DNA of 64,000 nt from assembly GCF_009914755.1 (NCBI RefSeq), contig NC_060942.1, one strand, 5' to 3'. The first letter of the stretch is position 1; each line of letters opens with the position of its first letter. The notes under the pieces are model-generated. The model searched no databases. It saw nothing but the letters and a program-made list of their open reading frames with translations, and was not told the origin of the DNA. Both the position numbers and the translations under genes were made by a program. Below are positions 55,416 through 64,000 of this stretch, one piece after another. Origin of the DNA: the human T2T-CHM13v2.0 reference genome, Homo sapiens.

Positions 55416-58400
55416 CTAAAACCATGGAAGAAACAAGCAATCGACCCTCCTTCTTATTCAAAAACAAGGGCATGAAAGTATCTGGACTCAGAAAAAAATC
55501 ACCTGTGTTCTAAATGGTTTTCCAGCCATAACACAGACTCACTCGCAGTTCCCTAAATGCAACATCTCTCCCTGTGAGTGTATGCGTGAGCTCCAGACAA
55601 GGTTAAACACACCCCATCTCAGGAGGCATTAGTTTGAAACTCCTCTTTAACAGCAACATTTTAGAAATGACTGATGTGGACACTCTGAGGTTTTTAATGC
55701 ACCAGTTACAATCAACACAATAGATACTGTTTAAGAAGTTGTCTTTCATATTTGCTGTGCAAATCATTTCCATAAATGTGTGGGTTTATCGATCCGAATA
55801 AACCATCCTTTGACGTAAAGACAGTAAGATCTTTCTTAGTCATCCGATATTTCAATACCGATAAGACCACACTTGGGAGAACTTGTTCCTTTTAAACCTG
55901 TTGCTTTTCATTTTGTTCGTTCATTTGTTTTTTTTGTTTGGTTTTAGTTCTGAGTTCACAATATTTCTGACAGTATATTAATACCACTTGGGGAAAAGGT
56001 CCCAACCCCCATTTCTTTTCATACTCTTCATAGCATCTAGAACAATGCTTGGTATACAGTGACCATGTCAAATGAAGATGTATTGTATTCCTAAATCCAA
56101 GGATTAGCTATAGGTTAAGTGTTAGGACACTGAACACTAACTACACTGTAGAAACAGAAATTAAAAAAAGATTCAGCTTTCTTTTTATTCCATCAAATAA
56201 AAAGAGGTCTATTTCAAGCTGCTTGAAATTAAACAGTGCAGTTTTCACTTAGCCATAGTAATTATGGGAAAGGGGGCACTGTGTAGTATTAGCTTTACAG
56301 TGTCTTGGCACGTAAGGGATTTTTAATAAATATTTTTGGAATGAATTTTCTTTGTCACATTCTGCCAAAATATAAATTCCAAACTTAAGGATATTATTTT
56401 TCACTGTGAAAGATTGCACGCATGGAGAAACCTCTTTAGGTATTGATGCCTTATGAAGGAAAATCAGAGATATCTGGCATGAAATTAAAACATCTTCTCA
56501 TTTTACCTATTCCATATCTTGGTGTTCTGACCCAGTATTTGCAGACAAACAAGTAGTGACACTTCTTTTCTTATCACCACCCTCTGATTTATTTTAGATT
56601 CTTTTTTTAATGATTGTTTAGAAAACCACAAAAACAAAAACAAAACTCTGGTTGCCCAACATTAGCAAAAGCATTCATTTAATTAGGAACTTATACATCC
56701 TTTGGTCTTCTCAAAGATTATCTATTCATAGATTCCTGGTTGGCACTTTATGGAGTGGTCTGGGTGGCTGGGCAGGAAAAGACTGGTTTTTAAAAGTTGG
56801 GCAGTAATAGTAATAAACTGTTAAACAATTATGCAACATTATAATTGTGTTTATTAGCATTTTAACTATTTTTATTATATGTCATATAATTAAAATATAA
56901 TTTTATACAAATAATCCCTAAAATACACCAAAACAATTCAGTATGCCTTACTGTTACTGGCTACATGATGTCATATTTCTCATATGTGAATGTTGTCACT
57001 TTAAATATGATTTTATTCAGAAACGTATATGGAATAAGTAGTGAATTTCCTGGTTATATAAAAGGTACATGATGAAACAGAAGTTTAGTGGTTCTTTGAA
57101 TATAATACAAAAGGAGTTAACCTAGTGACAAATGGTTTCCCACAGTGAAGAAGGACTGAGGCCATTGTTGCTTATGAATATCAGTAAATCAGTTAATCAC
57201 AAGGGGGAAGGTACATACATATGACTACCTAATTTCTGAAATAGATTTTAATGAGAAGTTCCCAGTAATTTAAGAGTCACAATTGAGATAATAGGATTGA
57301 GTTGATTTTTTTGATTTTCAAGCATAATATTCCTTTAATTAATACACCAAATTTCAGTTATGTTTACAGTTTTTGGTCCAAGAATACTTATTATACTTTA
57401 TATCGTATCTATAAACTTGAGTGCCAAATTAAATGGTGTTAAGTTTACCTATATGTAGATAACAGAAAAAATAGGAATCCATTCTTATTAGTTATTCATT
57501 AGAATCACCTAGCAGCAAAAATTAAAATAAGGAATCATACATAGAGGTAAACACCCAGATTGTAAAACCAATTTCTTAAAGTGTTTTAAAGTCATGTGCA
57601 ATTTTCAACTTCTTGATACATCAGAGAGAACATATGCAAATATATCCAGTTGGCATTTGGGAAAGAAAATCCCTTAGATACAGAATTTCATTGGCTGCTC
57701 AGATAGGAAAGTCACTTTGGTTTTGCTTAAAAATTAACACATCCTCTCACTGACATTTAAGACCAGTAATTGGCTGTGAAGTGCTCAGTGATACTTTTAG
57801 ATGAACTGTGGTATATATATAATATTATATATTCATATTATACATATTTTAATGTATTATATATCTGTAAAATGCATAGATATAATCTCACATATAAATT
57901 TAAAATGTCATTAATAAGCCAAATTTATAGTTGTCTACTCCAGTATATTATCCTGCTGCTGCATACCTTTCCCCTCCTTGGTATTATAATTTTGAAAACG
58001 AGTACGTGTTTTTCTTTCTTACAGACTTTTGAATATAGCAAAATTTGAATCCAACACCTTTCCCAAATCCCAAAACACCAGTAGTTATAGAGCAAAGGGG
58101 AAGGATACATGGCTTAAGGAACTTCTTTCAAACACATCTCACTACCTTTTCATTATTGCCTGTAATTCTATTATATTCTTATAACAGCTGTGAAGTACAT
58201 TCAGACAGACTTTAATTATAAATTATAAATATGAAAAGAATGAAGAAAAAGGCAAATGGAAAGTTTGAGGATAGAAAAACAGAATAGTAAAATAACTCAA
58301 AAACTATACACCTCTATGTAAATTTTTTTCAATTTTTATTAATAAAGTAAATTTAGATCTTGCAATAAAGGACCAACATCCAGATAAAATAAGTAAGAAA

Positions 58401-58606
58401 TGGATGAAGAGCATATTATATTGTCTTTTTTCCCCTTTGCCTTCAAATTTTACCCTTATTTATCTGCAAAACATTTGCAAAGAATATAGAAAACAATCCA
58501 GCAACGGCAATCCATCAACAAGCCTTTTAACTTCTAACCCAGAGGCATGCCCCAGTTAAAGAATAAAGTTTTAGCTATAATGTATCTGTGCAACAAAAAT
58601 TTCTCC

Positions 58607-59030
58607 CATGAATGATAATTGGATAAAGAAAATGTGGTACATATACACCATGGAACACTATGCAGCCATAAACAAGGAACAAGATCATGTCCTTTGCAGG
58701 GACATGGATGGAGCCGGAAGCTGTTATCCTCAGCAAAATAACACAGGAACAGAAAACCAAACCTCACATGTTCTCACTTATAAGTTGTAGATGAAGGATG
58801 AGAATACATGGATGCATGATGGGGAACAACACATACTGGGACCTGTGAATGGGATGGGAGGAGGGAGAGCATCAGAAAGAATAGCAAATTGATGCTGGGC
58901 TTAATGCCTAGGGGATGGATTGATCTTTGCAGCAAACCACGGTATCACAGCTTTACCTATGTAACAAACCTGCGCATCCTGCACATGTACCCCAGAACTT
59001 AAAATAAAAGTTGAAAAATAAAAATAAAAA
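58607..59030 (+). mobile_element. L1PA 3' end
   Basis: WIKKMWYIYTMEHYAAI ORF2 terminus plus 3'UTR and A-rich tail. Confidence 0.9.
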
Positions 59031-60449
59031 GTTTCTGAGCATCCACTGTGTGTCTATTTCTTAAACATTCCACTTTCACATTACACTTAGCCATAGTCCC
59101 TCTTGCCCAGACGTGTATGAGAGTGCTACCCTAAATATCTCACTATGAGAAATAGGTAATATTGGGAAATACTGGAAATTATTCTATTAAATGGAAACAG
59201 CTGACTACCTTTCATATTTGTGAGAAGTTTTTATTGTGTATAAAAATGAGTTATATAGTAATATTTGATTACCGTGTTTGTAATGCTCTTTAAACATAGA
59301 AAAATTGCATGTATTGAAAATTTCTTTTCATTTACATTAATATTTAGGTTCAAGAATCTAAGAAAAAGTACATGTATATGCACACACACCCACACACACA
59401 GGAAGGGCTACTTGAATGGCTCTTGATCAATATAATGCATTATGTTTTGAATACCCATTTAGAGATAAACACAAAATCTGATTGTCCTTAATGACTACTT
59501 TTCAGTATAGAGTGTCTTTAAAACTCATAATTCAATGAAAGTTAAACTCAAGGATCACATTCATTTTAACATTTATTTACAGGAGTTTCGATAACCCTAT
59601 TCTCCCACGCCATTGCCCTAGCACAAAGTCGCTCTGATTCTCACATAATGGTGGTTTCCCTTTGTAATGAGGAAGGAGGGAAGTTAAGGAGAACCTTTCA
59701 GCTTTACTGACTGTAGTACAATACTAGAAGGAATACTCTGGAGAACATAAAAATGATTGGGTCTATTGAAATTGCATTATTAGCTGCCAGTCTTTAAAAT
59801 TAAAAAAAAAATGCTTAATCTCAAGGATTTTACCTAAATAAAAGCTATGTGGAAGTTTTCAAAGAACTTACATTTTTCAGAGAATGCTGTGATGATCCAT
59901 GTTCTGAAGGCATGGCATAAGAAAATCATATAGGAAAGTCATTCATTTTAATTATGCTTTAAGTATTTAAAATGTACCTAAACAATGAAGAAATATTATC
60001 ATACTACCTTCATCCAAAAAAGACAATCACTTGTTCAGCAACCAGACAAATTGCATAACTGTTGTTTGAAATACGAATGATTATACTTCTGGGAAAAGTA
60101 TTATGGCATATGTATCAGCAGTGCTGAAATATTCATGTTTGTTTTTATCCTAGATTTGCATTACTATAAAATAATTTGAAATTCTCTAAAAGATTAATAC
60201 CTAAAAAAATTAGAAACAAGTAAAATTAAGGTGATAGTTATGTAAATTATGGCATAGGCATAGATAAAATATTGCTAACCCATTACAATCATGTTTTGGA
60301 AGTTTTCTTTAAGGTTTTATTGATATATAGTACACATATCAAAAATTCACATCTGGGTGAATTTTTACAAATTAAACACATATGTGTTCTCATGCCTTGA
60401 CCAAGAAACCAAACATCACCCTCATTTCAGTATATGAAAAGTTTAAAAA

Positions 60450-60645
60450 CCTAGGTCCTGTAATCATGCTCCTCAGACCAACAGCATCAAACTCCCATGG
60501 AAATTTGCTCGATTTTCTAACTTACAAATTCTCCGATTCTACCCCTGACCTACCAAATTAGAAGTTCTGTGGGTAAGGCCCAGCAGTCTGTTTTAACAAA
60601 GCCTGCAGGTGATTCTGAGGCACAATAAAGTTTAAGAACCAGTAG
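60450..60645 (+). mobile_element. MER5A-like DNA transposon
   Basis: cagcatc...ttttaacaaagcctgcaggtgattctgaggcacaataaagtttaagaacca. Confidence 0.75.
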
Positions 60646-60725
60646 CCTAGAAAAATGTATTTTGTTATAGAATGGAAAAAACAAGTGCTTACACATATGA
60701 TTTTACTGATATAAAATGAGCATTA

Positions 60726-60956
<231 letters not shown>

Positions 60957-61629
60957 TTATCTTGAATAGAAAAATGGTAAGTTATTTTTATTTTCTTCTT
61001 CATATGTTTTCTATTATCCAGGTTTTCTGAAATGATTATATACTTTGGGTATATAACTGAACACACTTATTTTGGTCTTCTAAATTATGTTATCATCAGC
61101 TAAACCAGAACGGCTTCTTATCCTGGCTCTGTACATGTGGCTTGCCTGAACTTTGAGGCCCTGATTTGAACTTCTAAATGGCTTATCATTATGACTTCCT
61201 TTCTGCGTACGAACATCCACATTTGGAATATATAAGAGAAAACCTTACCCTATTATTCAATTTTTAAACGTTTGGGAGCATAAAGGTAAACTGCTACCAA
61301 ATGAACACATTGATAGTTGCACAGAACAGATGGAAATAAATACTGCCTCTCATGAACACAGGAGGCAATTTTGAAATTGGAAGGCAAGTTAAATCCTCAA
61401 TCACTTCAAATTTACTAAGCCCTTTTATTTTAAGGAACATGGCTTTTCTAAAAGGAAGTTTTTCAATTCTGTCTCTCCCCAAAAAGGCTAAAATACATAG
61501 TTCTTTAACAGAACAAAATGAATCTTCAACGAGGACAGGTTAAAGGAGCGATTTCAGAGCTGCAAAACATAGAACCAAACTCTGATCATAATACAGTAAT
61601 AATAGTAGCTGCTATCAGTGCCCAGCCCA

Positions 61630-62045
61630 TATCTGTCAGCCTTATCACTTCAAAAAGCAGGACTTCCACATGCCAGTACTGGCCCCTCTGTACCTGAAAA
61701 TTTCTCCTGAAGGCTGCCCTGTTCTAGGGCTCACAGATCATCGGTATCAAGGAATTAATATTCTCCAAGAGCACCCCTCCGCTAATGACTGGCAGGGTGA
61801 GTGCGTAAATACCTCAACCCTCTCCACCGCTAGTGGGATAGACATGAAGCATGTGTCTCAGCAATTCCCACGCAGAGTTTTCCTGTGGAACTAAGCTTCA
61901 GTTTCAGATACACACATGTGTTTTATGCGATGCCTTCCTTTCCTATATCACTTTTTCCTTGCTGGTGTTCCTTGTACCTCCCAAATAAATGGCTTGCATT
62001 TGAACCCTTATATCAGTGTCTCCTTCTTGGGCAAGCCACACTACA
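61630..62045 (+). mobile_element. LTR16-like ERVL LTR
   Basis: aatgactggcag...taaatacctca...ccaaataaatggcttgcatttgaaccctt. Confidence 0.6.
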
Positions 62046-63659
62046 CTAGGTGAGCATTAATCTGCTGAATAATGTAGGAGGCAGGGTAGGTATTATTTAT
62101 AATAAAGTCATTAAAATGCATTTGTCAGCCTTGGGGATTACATTCATTGGTATAATAATAATCATCCACGTAAATTAACCTTGCTAATTACACATTGTTT
62201 CTTAAAGATGCGAGTAGTCCTCAGTTTTCTTATGAAGGTTTGAACCATTACTCATAAAACGAAAGAGGCATATCCAGGGGTGAAAGTCAAAATTTTTTTT
62301 AACAATTAGTATGACATAATTACTATCATAAGAATTGTAACAATATACACATCACTATAGAGCTAGGCCAAATCCCAGTTTGCCAGATAGTAACCATTTG
62401 GTGGCAGTTTGGGAATAGTTTCTGGGGTCTTGGGGAAAAGTCTGGAAAAATTGAGGGGTACTTGAGAGGCTCAAATGAGCAGGCACTTAACAGCCAGTAT
62501 AGAAGAATTTCAGTATTTTAATAACCAGTAAGGCCCTACTGGTATATACCAGCTGAGTAGCCAAAGCAAGATCTTGAACACTACATATATGAATATCTTC
62601 TTTTTGTCATATAAACAATCTCACATTATTTCCAATGAGATCAACATGATTAACACATAAAACAACTGCCAAAAGGTACCCTTTTCTGGGGAATAAAATT
62701 TTCAAAAAACATGAAGAATATGGATAATTTAAAACTGTAATACAGAAATGCTTGCAATTTAGCAAAATGACTATCAACAAAGGAGAAGTCCTCCTGGTGA
62801 TATAAGTGCAACTCCTCAACATAAATGAAAATAACATGGCTATTCAAACACAATATCCCCCTGATTGGAACACCTCCTTATTTTTATTATGCTGTAAACA
62901 CCCAAGGAATTCACTGTGAGTTGAGTGTTGAATAAAAAAAGGTACATAAAAATACCCAGTTGCTAAAAAGGCTTATAATCTCTAAGTACTACAAGGGAAT
63001 TCAGAGACCAGCAGTCAGTCAAAGCTGAAATTCAAGGTGAGTGGCCAATGTTATCAAGCATGATTTGCTATAAACTTGGGCAATTAACTGAAGTGCAAAA
63101 GATGAGACCGAGTGAACAAAAAGCATAATTTCTGCCATAATTGTAGAAAAGAAGAAAGAAAAAGAAAGTAGGCAAACTCCGGTTGCAAGATTTAAGTTTT
63201 ATAATTTTCAACAATATAAGCCTCAAGAACAACTTCTTGTAGAGAGAGAAAGAAAAAAATCAAATTGAAATGAACTCTTTCTGAACTTATGCAAACAGAT
63301 TACACCCAAAATGATTTTTGTATTAGATTTTAATACAAGCTATTTCGAAAGAGTAGTTCTACATCTGGAAAAAGTACTTCTTCTCTGAACAAAAGGTGTT
63401 TTTCTAGTCTTCGATGCTAAGAGTTTATATTTCACCTGAAAAATAGTGGCATTATCTAACAATCACAACAGGGTACAATTAGCAACTTTTCCATTTATGC
63501 TTCAATTATAAACCATGTATTTAAATAATTTTCCCCCATTTGACCTCAGGTGCACAGTATAGGATGAATCATAATTCTTGGGCCATAATATGAACATCAG
63601 TGGTCCATGCATAGCTTGCTTTTATTAGTTAGTCATTCAATTAGTGTTTTTTGAATAAT

Positions 63660-64000
63660 GTAATAAACACCTCCTAATTCACCACCCCAAAACAAAAGCT
63701 ACTATATTGAGCATAACTTACATCTACTCACATGTGTCTTCTGCCAGCACAGCCCTCTTGGCTCAGCCATCCATGATACACATCACTTAATATTCTGTGT
63801 TCAACATTTTCTAGCTTTTCTTTAAAAATAAATTGTTGCATTTGTATATACTCTACAATTATCATTTGCTTATTTGTTTTAGATTTTTAATGTTACAAAA
63901 AGGTATCATGCCACAGCCTTTTGGGACTCACATTTTCCTATAATATTGTATTGCTATGATTTTCCTTGGTATTGCTTTCTTGCTATCATTCACTCATTTT
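63660..64000 (-). mobile_element. Old L1M 3' fragment
   Basis: Antisense L1ME-like motifs; runs off the window edge. Confidence 0.45.

Overview
AT-rich, CpG-poor primate (human-like) genomic DNA: Alu, L1PA, MST and HML-5 LTR22 elements are present. No credible protein-coding CDS is visible, and the ORF track is explained by Alu, L1 and LTR remnants or by chance. A large part of the window is interspersed repeat: 8 Alus, L1PA 3' ends with TSDs, old L1M, L2 and MIR fragments, MER58A and MER5A, and many solo LTRs. These include an intact three-level ERV1 nest (MER61 in MER57 in MER34) and a MaLR/ERVL nest. The unique sequence suggests a minus-strand spliced transcript: a TATA/octamer-preceded first exon at ~13010-13140, then small exons at 450-508 and 31-75, continuing off the left edge. 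It lies downstream of a MEF2/TEAD/GATA/E-box-rich region, and I cannot name the gene. Three CTCF-like motifs lie at 17.5, 23.5 and 27.0 kb. The most unusual signals are short, locally templated copies of unique DNA: a 111-bp inverted pair with a 70-bp perfect core 1.2 kb apart, a 54-bp copy pasted into an L1PA from 1.7 kb away, a ~50-bp direct pair, and fold-back repeats. Repeat subfamily calls come from recalled consensus features, and boundaries of old elements are approximate.
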